This document shows positions 1-20,181 of a stretch of DNA of 64,000 nucleotides, one piece after another; the first letter of the stretch is position 1, and each line of letters begins with the position of its first letter. Made by a program: the position numbers and the translations under genes. This stretch comes from Hormiphora californensis (Eukaryota > Animalia > Ctenophora): positions 1,426,001 through 1,490,000 of the forward strand of contig CM035352.1 of NCBI GenBank assembly GCA_020137815.1, read 5' to 3'. Below the pieces are notes generated by a model. It did no database searches, was not told the DNA's origin, and worked only from the letters and a program-made list of their open reading frames with translations.

Positions 1-1188
1 ACTAGCCATACGTACATTCAAAGTGGAGGCAATTTCTACCGTCAGATTACTGGAATTGGTACAGGATACCATAGTTCAGGAGCCTATGCTGAGATCATTG
101 TGGACCATCTATACAACCGGACACTGGACGTGACGCCCGATGAAGAGAAACCTCTCTCACTGGCTACCTATGTCGACGACAGTCATAGCCTATGGACCAA
201 ACGTGAACACTGTGACAAATTCATTGAAAAACTCGGAAACATCTGGTCATCAGTAAAATTTACAAGAGAAGAGGCAACAGAACCAGCAATAGGAGTCTCC
301 GAAATCTCTTTTCTCGACCTGACCGTTAGAACCACCAACAACGGAGGAGAAACATCTCTAACGTGGGAACTCTTTCAGAAGAGCACCCACAGTGGAAGCT
401 ACCTCAACTATCACTCCCACTGTGCAGAAGTTATAAAACTAAATATAATCCGCACAGAAACAAAACGCATCCTCAACAGGTGTTCCACAGTTGACCTAGC
501 ATTCCCTCACCTTGAAAAACTGAGGGAAAATCTAGTCAACTCAGGCTACCCGATAAAAACTGTTAGCTTGGAAATTGCGAAGCAGTTATCCACCCCGACT
601 ACAAGCCCGGCTCCACCAGATGATGAAAAATCCAACAAAATATACATCATGAAACTGCCATACACCAATGAGGGTGCCCTACGAAAGGTGAAGAAAGCAG
701 TTAAAGAATCTGGGCTGCCGATCCGTGTGGTAACATCTTCGGGAAGAACTGTTGCTAGCTTGGTGAAAAACCATTACAACAACAGAGAAGAAAACAGTCA
801 AAACTGTGAATGCGAGCTGCATCAACATGGCATTCCATGCTCGACGGAAAACGTAGTGTACCGTGCTTCGTGCAACCTATGCAACAACGGTACCTACATA
901 GGTGTGACAAGCCGACCTCTGAAACACCGGATCGCCGAGCACGAGACTCACACCAGATTGGGACATGTGGACTGCTCCGCAGTAGCAGAACACGCTAATG
1001 AGATGCACCCGGAGCTCATATACGGACAAGCAGGGAGAAGGGAATACGATGCATTCTTCAATATTTTCAATTTTGATATAATAAATAAGGGTAGAGACCC
1101 CATAGATGCCTATCTCAGAGAGAGCCGTGCCATTACACGACTAAGGCCACCACTAAACAAAATGTGCAACAACGGGTTCATTTTTTAG
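1..1188 (+). CDS. PLE polyprotein, 3' part (RT C-terminus/thumb + GIY-YIG endonuclease), copy 1, 5'-truncated by the window
   Basis: ORF 100..1188 is open back to the window start; YVDD, FLDL, YLNYHSH and GIY-YIG motifs in one uninterrupted frame. Confidence 0.92.
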   Translation, partial: TSHTYIQSGGNFYRQITGIGTGYHSSGAYAEIIVDHLYNRTLDVTPDEEKPLSLATYVDDSHSLWTKREHCDKFIEKLGNIWSSVKFTREEATEPAIGVSEISFLDLTVRTTNNGGETSLTWELFQKSTHSGSYLNYHSHCAEVIKLNIIRTETKRILNRCSTVDLAFPHLEKLRENLVNSGYPIKTVSLEIAKQLSTPTTSPAPPDDEKSNKIYIMKLPYTNEGALRKVKKAVKESGLPIRVVTSSGRTVASLVKNHYNNREENSQNCECELHQHGIPCSTENVVYRASCNLCNNGTYIGVTSRPLKHRIAEHETHTRLGHVDCSAVAEHANEMHPELIYGQAGRREYDAFFNIFNFDIINKGRDPIDAYLRESRAITRLRPPLNKMCNNGFIF

Positions 1189-1390
1189 TATTTTGTTATA
1201 ATATTTAATGTGTAAATTAATGTAAATAAGAGTTTTTTATGAAGGAGCAGTATCGTTTTTGTTTTTGTTTTTGTTTTTGGCTTCTGTTTATGTTGTGTGT
1301 GTTTGCCGTTTGGTCCAGTCTTTTACAATTTTGTCCCCTATGTACATATTGATGTCTTATGTAATGTGCTAATGTAAATTCCCCCATAGC

Positions 1391-1426
1391 ATTATTGATA
1401 ATGGCCGTACAGCCGAAACGTCTAAT
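1391..1426 (+). ncRNA. Minimal type I hammerhead ribozyme (C3U/G8A variant), copy 1
   Basis: atta-TTGATAA-t-ggc-cgtaca-gcc-GAAA-cg-TC-taat: stem I atta/taat, core UUGAUAA, stem II ggc/gcc, GAAA, minimal palindromic (ACGT) stem III, GUC cleavage triplet ending at 1422. Confidence 0.8.
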
Positions 1427-1571
1427 AAATGAGCGTCTTCGATGTCATATCGCACCCTCCAACACTATTGGTGTGAACAATGAAACCAAGATATACTACC
1501 CCACCAGCCTCCACCATCTCCAAATATGTTATCCGGGTAACACCCGAGTCGAGGCTCTGGTTGGTAGGGTG

Positions 1572-4285
1572 ATGACTCGAAGCGAGCGACTAGGAAAGAT
1601 ATCCCAACAAATTACCTTCCTTCAAAAACTCCGCCACAATGGCTTGCTACCAAAGCATCTTTCCAGTTTACGCCTCCCAAAACTGTTTAGTCCACGACGA
1701 GAAACTAACGTGACAGGGCCATTCTCATCCATAATACCAGGGACAGCCTACTCATTCTCTAAACAGCACGCAAAATGGACTAGAAGAAGAGATGACTTTC
1801 TTAGATTCACCCTCAAAATGGAAATCTCCGAAAAGCATTCACTCATGAAGATCTACGAAACGACTCTAGAAACGGACATAGCCTCCTTATCTCAACTTGT
1901 CAGTCCACGACAACTCCATTCGATCACAATGTCTGCTAATAGCCGCAGACACGAGGCGTTAAACAACTCCTACCAATCCCATCAAAGAAAATTCAACTCA
2001 ATTTCTGTCCCAACGTCCACAAAGGTCCCTGTGAGCAGCTCCAAAAACAACAACCTCATCAATGCCTCAACATCAAACGAGCCTGTACCCACCAATTGCA
2101 ACAAATTGCTTTCAAGAGGGCCGGGTTTTATGATCTCAAACAATAGTGCTAAAACAACTCTCGTGGAGGATGCCAGAGTAGCATTGGAGCGAACAATATG
2201 TGCAGTCAGATACTCAAAATCATCAAAATACACTCCCAACCAAACATCCGAGAACATCCCTCAGGAATACCTACCAACTCCACCAGCACTGCGTAAAGCC
2301 GCCTCAACATTCCCACACAAAAGCATCAAGCCACCTTTGGAAGCTGACACCGAGACCGAAGAGAAGATCAGCAAACTACGAAGAGAAATAAAGCCCCTCT
2401 TGAAAACATCCTCAAAAGCTTGGGAGTGCAAAAGGAACCACGGCAAAGAAGAGGTATCGAGTCTGAAAGAAACATTCACCAACAGACCGGAACTGACAAT
2501 ACTACCAACTGACAAAACGAACAAAATGTGTATCATGGACACTAAGTTGGTAAGTGACAAAATTGCTAGCCACATGTCACATGGATGGGAACCACTAACA
2601 AATGATCCCTCGAAGCATTATGAGACAGATGCGAACAACCTCTTGACCAAATGCCTCGCAGAAAGTAGGATCAAGGACCGGCACGTAAGCGAAAGGTTAA
2701 AATCTCACCACAGCCGTGCCCCAAATGTTTTTCCCCTTGCTAAGGACCACAAGGCCGGGTTTCCAAATGTTAAACTGAGGCTGGTTCAACCAGTGAGAGG
2801 AGGGGCAGCAGAGAAACTAGACCTCATCGTCAGCAAAGTATTAACTCAAATACTACCAAATCTAACACACCGAGTATCAAGTGCCGATGTTTTCATTAAC
2901 TCTTGCCTCATCCCACTACAAAACTCACTCCCTGCTAACACCCACCAATCTAGTTTCGACATGGAGAATATGTACCCCTCGATACCAACTGATGACAGAG
3001 CTATGGATCTAGTATTACATTATGTGAGAAATACTCCTAACATAGATCTGTTAGGCTTCAACCCCGAGCACATCATCCAAATGCTCAGGTTCGTAACTAG
3101 CCATACGTACATTCAAAGTGGAGGCAATTTCTACCGTCAGATTACTGGAATTGGTACAGGATACCATAGTTCAGGAGCCTATGCTGAGATCATTGTGGAC
3201 CATCTATACAACCGGACACTGGACGTGACGCCCGATGAAGAGAAACCTCTCTCACTGGCTACCTATGTCGACGACAGTCATAGCCTATGGACCAAACGTG
3301 AACACTGTGACAAATTCATTGAAAAACTCGGAAACATCTGGTCATCAGTAAAATTTACAAGAGAAGAGGCAACAGAACCAGCAAGTAGGAGTCTCAGAAA
3401 TCTCTTTTCTCGACCTGACCGTTAGAACCACCAACAACGGAGGAGAAACATCTCTAACGTGGGAACTCTTTCAGAAGAGCACCCACAGTGGAAGCTACCT
3501 CAACTATCACTCCCACTGTGCAGAAGTTATAAAACTAAATATAATCCGCACAGAAACAAAACGCATCCTCAACAGGTGTTCCACAGTTGACCTAGCATTC
3601 CCTCACCTTGAAAAACTGAGAGAAAATCTAGTCAACTCAGGCTATCCGATAAAAACTGTTAGCTTGGAAATTCGCGAAGCAGTTATCCACCCCGACTACA
3701 AGCCCGGCTCCACCAGATGATGAAAAATCCAACAAAATATACATCATGAAACTGCCATACACCAATGAGGGTGCCCTACGAAAGGTGAAGAAAGCAGTTA
3801 AAGAATCTGGGCTGCCGATCCGTGTGGTAACATCTTCGGGAAGAACTGTTGCTAGCATTGGTGAAAAACCATTACAACAACAAAGAAGAAAACAGTCAAA
3901 ACTGTGAATGCGAGCTGCATCAACATGGCATTCCATGCTCGACGGAAAACGTAGTGTACCGTGCTTCGTGCAACCTATGCAACAACGGTACCTACATAGG
4001 TGTGACAAGCCGACCTCTGAAACACCGGATCGCCGAGCACGAGACTCACACCAGATTGGGACATGTGGACTGCTCCGCAGTAGCAGAACACGCTAATGAG
4101 ATGCACCCGGAGCTCATATACGGACAAGCAGGGAGAAGGGAATACGATGCATTCTTCAATATTTTCAATTTTGATATAATAAATAAGGGTAGAGACCCCA
4201 TAGATGCCTATCTCAGAGAGAGCCGTGCCATTACACGACTAAGGCCACCACTAACAAAATGTGCAACAACGGGTTCATTTTTTAG
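1572..4285 (+). CDS. PLE polyprotein copy 2 (N-terminal region + RT + GIY-YIG) with four 1-bp indels relative to copy 1
   Basis: ORFs 1395..3425 and 3849..4298; compared with copy 1 there are single-base insertions near 3385, 3673 and 3857 and a deletion near 4255. First in-frame ATG after the ribozyme is at 1572 (MTRSERL). Confidence 0.85.
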
Positions 4286-4487
4286 TATTTTGTTATAATA
4301 TTTAATGTGTAAATTAATGTAAATAAGAGTTTTTTATGAAGGAGCAGTATCGTTTTTGTTTTTGTTTTTGTTTTTGGCTTCTGTTTATGTTGTGTGTGTT
4401 TGCCGTTTGGTCCAGTCTTTTACAATTTTGTCCCCTATGTACATATTGATGTCTTATGTAATGTGCTAATGTAAATTCCCCCATAGC

Positions 4488-4523
4488 ATTATTGATAATG
4501 GCCGTACAGCCGAAACGTCTAAT
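4488..4523 (+). ncRNA. Minimal type I hammerhead ribozyme (C3U/G8A variant), copy 2
   Basis: Identical to 1391-1426, in the second PLE terminal repeat. Confidence 0.8.
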
Positions 4524-4890
4524 AAATGAGCGTCTTCGATGTCATATCGCACCCTCCAACACTATTGGTGTGAACAATGAAACCAAGATATACGGAGGGG
4601 GTTTATCGCGTGAAAAATGATGATTTAACTGCCTTTAGGAACAATTCTAAGAAGCAATCGATCGAATTAAACCTGCACCAAACATCGCGAGGACCGGGTA
4701 AATAACATTTACTAAATATACCGGATCATAATGAAAATATCAATATTCGGAGAAACTATCGTGATAGGGCATGGGAGTTGATCTATCGAACCCTTGCACA
4801 GAGCGTGCTCATTTTGAAATAAAATGACGGTGTGATCAGCCACACAAAGTGGGAGGGGTGTCAGATATATTCAGGGACAAAGAATTATAC

Positions 4891-14426
<9,536 letters not shown>

Positions 14427-15300
14427 ACTGAGCTCCTCTCTTCCAGCTGTCTATGTTAAGTCTTGTTACTCAACAAGTGTAAACTTTCAGTGAACCTCTA
14501 GCTGCCGATCTCTATCACACTATACAGACAGCAAATGTAGACAACAGATGTAGACGCAGTGTGCCGCCCCTCTGCATAATCAATGTATGCGGGTAAAAGT
14601 CTCCCCCTGGCACCCGTGTTGTTGCAATGACGTTCTTCATTATAACTGTCATAGTGTGAAGTTGGGAATGAATTTAGAAGAGAGGGAGAGGGAAGAGGTG
14701 GTGTTTCAAACTTCAAAGCTTTATTGAATAAATAGGCTAAATTTTAATTTTCAAATTAGAAAATAATCATAATAAATACAGTATTCATTGTAGATTTTGC
14801 CATAGGAAAATAGTACTTTCGTAATTCAAACAAGTACCCCCAAAAACATTATAATTCCCTGCAAAACACGGTACAGACAGGTGGGAGCCGTCCTGTCATT
14901 GACAGTTAACCGGACCCCTCCGCTCTCGCACACAGTCGCCTGTCACTGTTTTAGTGCGCGGCGTGAGTGTATGCGCAACAACTTCCACAAAAAGTTGCTC
15001 GCGCGCTACATCACACAATTTCGGTAGACCCTTCTCAGGAGAGAGGATCAATATCGCGGGCACATACATACGTCACACAGCTTGGTTTATTACTTGCTAA
15101 GGCATTCATAATACATGGTGCAAAATTGGCAGATAATATTTGTGACCTTTAAAAGCTCTTTAAAATTGATTAAAATATGTATTATGTTACAATGTTGAAA
15201 ATGAAAATCACCCACGTTTTGTCTCAGACAAAATGTAATTCCTTAAAAAGAAACTGTCCCCCTTCAATTTATCTGAATGTTTGTTTCCACCCACATCAAC

Positions 15301-17650
15301 TTATGCAGGACACTCGCTGACAATGCAATCGACCGTAGCATTCCCCTCACTCACTGCAGCGGCCCCATTTTCCTCGCAAGACTTCTTCTCATTAACTTCC
15401 TGATTCTTCCTGATCTCTTCCTGTGGTGTATCAATAACTACCTGAACGTTCTCAACAGCAACTGGAGGTACCCCATTCTCTTTGGTTGCCTCATTGACGA
15501 CCTGTCCCTCGTATACAACATCGTCCCCTTTATTTACAAAGGTTTTCTCCTGGGTCACCCTGTACTCCATTCCCTCGTCAACCTCCGGTTCCTTCTCCTC
15601 TTCTTCCTTCTTCACCTCTACTACCTCCTGTTCTACCACCTCAACCTCAGCAGGAGCCGCCTTCTTCTTCTTCTTCCTCTTCTTCTTCTTTTTGGGAGGG
15701 TTAGCCGCTTCGTATGCTGCTTTGGCCTCCGCTTCCTTCTCCTTACGGATTCTCTCTACCTCGGCGAGCTCTCCGACGTAAGCGGTGTATGCCTCCTCAG
15801 TCGCTAACTCCTCAGGACAGTTCTCCTCAGCCTCTTCCCAAACTGATTTCACGGGTTCAGCCGGCTCCTGGTTTTCTTCTTTTTCTATCTGTTTCAAGAC
15901 CGCTCTCATGCTGATTCCCTCACTCCTTGCCATCTCAACCTTACCTTTCACCACCTCCTCCATGAGATCCCTAATCTCACTCCCAGTTCTGCCCCATCTC
16001 AATCAACTTCTTCAGATCACTTTGTGACTCGTCGTAAAACCTTAGGGCACAGTTGGCTCGGGCCCTCCGAAATAGTCCCTTTACATTATCAGGATCTATC
16101 CAGAATGCCTTGTTACAACAGGCAATGGCCGCCTGCCATTCCTCGCCCCGCAGGTAGACTTGTGAGAGGTTCAGGTGACACGCAACCTCCAGATCATTCG
16201 TCCGTTTGGAAGTCCTCGTCCTTTCTGTTTCGGTTGTCAAGGTAACGAAGGGCTCGGTTGTAGTACAGGGAGGCAAGGTGGAGTTTACCCTTCTGGAAGT
16301 TGAGGTTACCAGACTTTTTTGTTAGTTCAGTTTTTGAGATTAGCTCCTCAGATAGGAGATTGTAAATTTCTTTTTCCGTGAGGTCTCTCTCCAGGGAACA
16401 GAGTGTGATTGTAAAGTTTGATGAAGGAGTAACAAGCCTGCATTCCTCCCCCTTTGTCATGGTAACGGCACATAGTTCGATCTCAGGGGGAACACCATAG
16501 GTTTCACCGTCACCCAACCGGAGAACAACATCCTGGACTTCCATCAGGTTAGCTCCTTTCTGGACCAAAACTGAAAAAAAAACAACAGTGAGAAAAGGGA
16601 TAAAATAAACTCTAAATTTGATAAAAATATGTTCCTATACGATATAAAATATCTCATTTTGTGTGTCAACTTACGTCTGCATTTTCCTGTCCAGTAGGGC
16701 TTGCTGCGATTCGTTCCTTCTACTTGGACACTCTTTATCAGTGACCCATCACCCTTAGCTGACACGTCCTGACCCTTGTGGGACAACATCTCCACCTGAG
16801 CATTAGATGGTTGGTTGGTTACGAAGTTACCCCTTGCCAGCGCGCGCGAAGGTCGCCCGGCTAAACAGAGTGTGAGGTGTCTTCGATACCAAGATGGTTG
16901 GAGGGTTATAAGGGAGGAGGCTACTTAAAAAGTATTTGGTACTTCTTCAAGAACTAAGATGGGGATCGGGCTTGCCTAACGACATTGGATCAGGTGTATG
17001 ATCCATTGATTAATTTGGCCCCTTCTACAGCTCAATAAGATGAATGTTCACCTCAATGGTGTGGATATCCGGTTGAACAGAAGAGAATCTTTCTCCCTCT
17101 GTAGTTGTAAAGCAGGACAGTTCCCCTTCCCGCATCTGCATTAGCTCGTCAACCAAGGGTGCCTGAACCGTCGCTAAAAGAGAGGCGGGTTGTTATTGTG
17201 TGTGAATTGCAGGTTACTAGATATAATAATAATAATAAGATAAGAACAAGATATTTTAGTGCTAAAAGATATTGGATAGAACACTACAGAGAGGAATTTT
17301 ATTGCTATTTAGTGCTCTTACTGCTGGTGAAGTCAATGCTATATCCAGAAGGGTGGTGCTCCATTGAATCTGTTACAAGTGTCCCGTCTTCCTTCCGCTG
17401 CCAAATACGGACTTTCACAGTGCTTCAGGGGGAAAGGGGGAGTTTCATGAACGGAAAAACTCTGCTTCAAATATCCCCGAGTAGGGATTCACTATGCTTA
17501 AAACAGAGATACAAAGATAGAAAACATTAACAAGCACTAACAAACAAACAAACAAACAAACAAACACATTGCTCACCCGTTGACAGGAGGACATTCTCCC
17601 CAGCCCGGTTTCAGGGGCCTCTTGTTCAGGGGAGCATAGTAATTGGACAT
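15301..17650 (-). CDS. FKBP-type PPIase domains + TPR co-chaperone (FKBP4/5-like architecture) with Lys-rich and acidic tail
   Basis: Exons from ATG 17650; QDVSAKGDGSLIKSVQVEG, LGDGETYGVPPEIELCAVTMTKGEEC (FKBP-like), KKSGNLNFQKGKLHLASLYYNRAL, CHLNLSQVYL..AIACCNKA..DPDNVKGLFRRARA (3 TPRs). Two frame changes (~16200, ~15990) without splice signals. Confidence 0.8.
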
Positions 17651-17845
17651 GGTGTTTGCTACCCCTAAATAAAAAAAGTTAAACCAATGTTAAAAAGAAA
17701 CAATTTAAATAACACACTCGAAATGTTCTGTAGTTTAGTTCTGATAAGCAGGAGGTACGGTTCGTAAACTGTTGTCAGAGCAAGTGTCCGAAAATTTATG
17801 CTTCGTGCAGACTTGTCCAGATTAAGATTGTAGTCCGAAAAGGTC

Positions 17846-18403
17846 TCATGATTTACACTTCCGTTTTAACTCTGGTGCATTTTTATTCTCCTGTTTGTAG
17901 AACCTGACCAACATTTCCATGGCCCTATCACCCTGTACACCACACTCCACTGTGTAGGGGGCCATCACTTTGGAATGCTCCTCATGTCCACTCAACACGG
18001 ACCCAGTTCCTCCAAACCGATCATTGCCACATCCAAATACAACATGGGAGACACCCAGATACCTGATGGCACCTGCACACATGATACACGGCTCACACGT
18101 CACGTACAGGGTAGAACCCCGGAGGGCCCCTTGGACACGCTCCTCACACCCCACACACCCACCCTCACAACACCGGAGTGAGGTTCGGAGGGAGTCAACA
18201 GCAACAAGTTCTGCGTGACGTGTTGCATCTTTTGTCTCGTTTACCCGGTTTCTTCCAGCACATATTATCTTGTTTTGTTTGGTGAACACACAACCGATTG
18301 GTACCTCTCCCTCGACAAGGGCTTCATCAGCCTGGGAGAATGCAGCATTCATAAACAGTTGTTGTTGTTGTGAGTTAGTGGATTCTCCGACCTCTACTAC
18401 CAT
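17846..18403 (-). CDS. ADAT2: tRNA-specific adenosine-34 deaminase catalytic subunit
   Basis: GEVPIGCVF, NETKDATRHAELVA, LYVTCEPCIMCA, FGCGNDRFGG, FYKQEN.NAP motifs; single exon. Confidence 0.93.
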   Translation of the reverse strand: MVVEVGESTNSQQQQLFMNAAFSQADEALVEGEVPIGCVFTKQNKIICAGRNRVNETKDATRHAELVAVDSLRTSLRCCEGGCVGCEERVQGALRGSTLYVTCEPCIMCAGAIRYLGVSHVVFGCGNDRFGGTGSVLSGHEEHSKVMAPYTVECGVQGDRAMEMLVRFYKQENKNAPELKRKCKS

Positions 18404-18708
18404 ACTTTGGGAACGGCTAAAACGTTGTTACTTATAAAGTAATAGACCTCAATATAATACCGTGAACTTCTCGATACACTTTCGGTCTACTACCGAAAAG
18501 TACGTTACATATCAAGGTCTCACTGATGAGGGTAAATAACTGATAAAAACTACAGTAAGTAAAAAAAATGGAAAAATTGTAAACACCAAATAACCAATAC
18601 ACAAAAACACACATTTTACAAATAACTCATTTTATATCATTATAATGTTGGTGAGCGCTAAGCTCCTGAACTCACACCCTTACAGCAGTAGACCCCCCAT
18701 ACCTAACA

Positions 18709-19686
18709 TCATCCCCCTCCTCCAAATCGTCCCAATACCCCCAGCACTTGTTCCCCTAATTTCACCCCTCCCACCATAATATTCTCACGGACATGCTCGA
18801 TCCGGAGAGTCTGCACAATGGGTACTGTCTGTCGGTGGAGTGCCCACGCCAATAGCAACTGTGCCGGGGTGGATGCCGAGGAAAGGTGGTTGGAGTTGAG
18901 ACAGGGAAGTGGTGCTAGGGGAGAGTGGGTGAGGACTAGAATGTTCCGTGAGAGGCAATGAGAAACGAGAGTAGTTTGGGGTTTGTAGGGGTTGGCCGTG
19001 ATTTTAATCGCGAAAGGAGGAACAACAGCTATCTTGGATATTTTCTCCACTTCATCCACAGTGTCCCCGACAAGACCAATGTTACGGACACACCGCTGCA
19101 GAACAAGATGTTCCATAGCCCGCCATGCCCTCACATCAGGACTGATGAGAACCAAATCAAAGTAGGCCATACCATTGTCGTTGAGGTGTTTGGTGATGAT
19201 AGAGGGCAGTTTTGATGGGTCGGATGGGGTCGAGGAGAGGGTGAGAATTAGGAAGAGATCTGAACGAGAAACAAAACCACCTGAAACAAAGGAAAAGTGA
19301 GTACAGTCAAATGGGGCGGGGGGGGGGGGGGTCAAATATAGGGTAGTGCAACATGATGGAGAGGTAATTGGAAAAGGCCAGGTGCAAGATGCCCCTGAGG
19401 CACTTTTCATAACAACAACCATCCACGAAACAGTATAAACATTTTGTTTCAAACAAACAAACAAACAAAAATCAGACAAACAAACACACAAACCTTCAAG
19501 TAAGGGTACAATTGCCTTCCTGACAATATCATTCCTCTTCAATGTCTTGTCCCACATATCAATAACTCTAAACCCACATTCTACTCCAAACTTGACAACC
19601 TGCGCCAGGGAAGCTGCATCCGTGGAGCACGTTCCCATGGCAACGAGAGGACATCCAGGATTGAAGACATGGTTTAGTGCTGACAT
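18709..19686 (-). CDS. Aldo-keto reductase-like protein (catalytic residues degenerate), 2 exons (19494-19686, 18709-19280)
   Basis: PLVAMGT, GFRVID, VSRSDLFL, YFDLVLI, WRAMEHLV..VRNIGL, SPLA, TPAQLLLAWALHR, HVREN follow the AKR1-type order; GT-AG intron 19281-19493. Confidence 0.8.
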   Translation of the reverse strand: MSALNHVFNPGCPLVAMGTCSTDAASLAQVVKFGVECGFRVIDMWDKTLKRNDIVRKAIVPLLEGLCVCLSDFCLFVCLKQNVYTVSWMVVVMKSASGASCTWPFPITSPSCCTTLYLTPPPPAPFDCTHFSFVSGGFVSRSDLFLILTLSSTPSDPSKLPSIITKHLNDNGMAYFDLVLISPDVRAWRAMEHLVLQRCVRNIGLVGDTVDEVEKISKIAVVPPFAIKITANPYKPQTTLVSHCLSRNILVLTHSPLAPLPCLNSNHLSSASTPAQLLLAWALHRQTVPIVQTLRIEHVRENIMVGGVKLGEQVLGVLGRFGGGG

Positions 19687-20181
19687 GGATGCATCATAGT
19701 AGGATTGATTCCTGTAGTTCCATCATGAGCTAGAGAAAAGAGAGGAATATAATTATTGGCCAGTTGTAATTGTGGGTGTTTTGGAAAATCAAAGAACTGA
19801 CATATCTACAGGTACTCAAGAAGGGGATTTGGGGTTATAGAAATTAAAACTATTTGTTTCCAAGTTAATTGAGAAAAATGTCAGCACATCATATTTGCAA
19901 ATATATTTATCATTGTGTTACACAGAAGACAGTTCCAATATTCACTACCGGGCTCAAGTCCCAGTTTTACCCGACAAGGTGCCCGGTAAGTTAGAAGTTG
20001 CTATAGTAACGTATCAAATTCCCTACAAACTGTTCTTTTGACCAGGCGATCCCTGACACAGCTAGTTAATCACGTACCGCCTGATAGTGTGTCAATATAC
20101 TCCAACACACACACTTATTGTTTATTATCACGCAATTTCTACATTTTACAAATACCCCCCCTCCCTCTCTCTCTGATATCT

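Larger units (their letters stand above)
1..4593 (+). mobile_element. Penelope-like retroelement (PLE), head-to-tail partial tandem, unit ~3.1 kb, runs off the left edge
   Basis: Position 1 onward repeats at 3096 onward (offset 3095-3097) up to 4593; encodes RT (SFDMENMYPSI, YVDD) followed by a GIY-YIG endonuclease (VVYRASC..C...YIGVTSRPLKHRIAEH), the diagnostic PLE architecture. Confidence 0.95.

Noticed and set aside
15980-16210. Programmed frameshifting or Sec read-through at the two TGA stops in the FKBP-TPR gene
   Set aside because: Homology continues in a different frame, so read-through would not help; similar isolated indels occur in PLE copy 2, DUF1295 and the Cys-rich gene, pointing to assembly errors.
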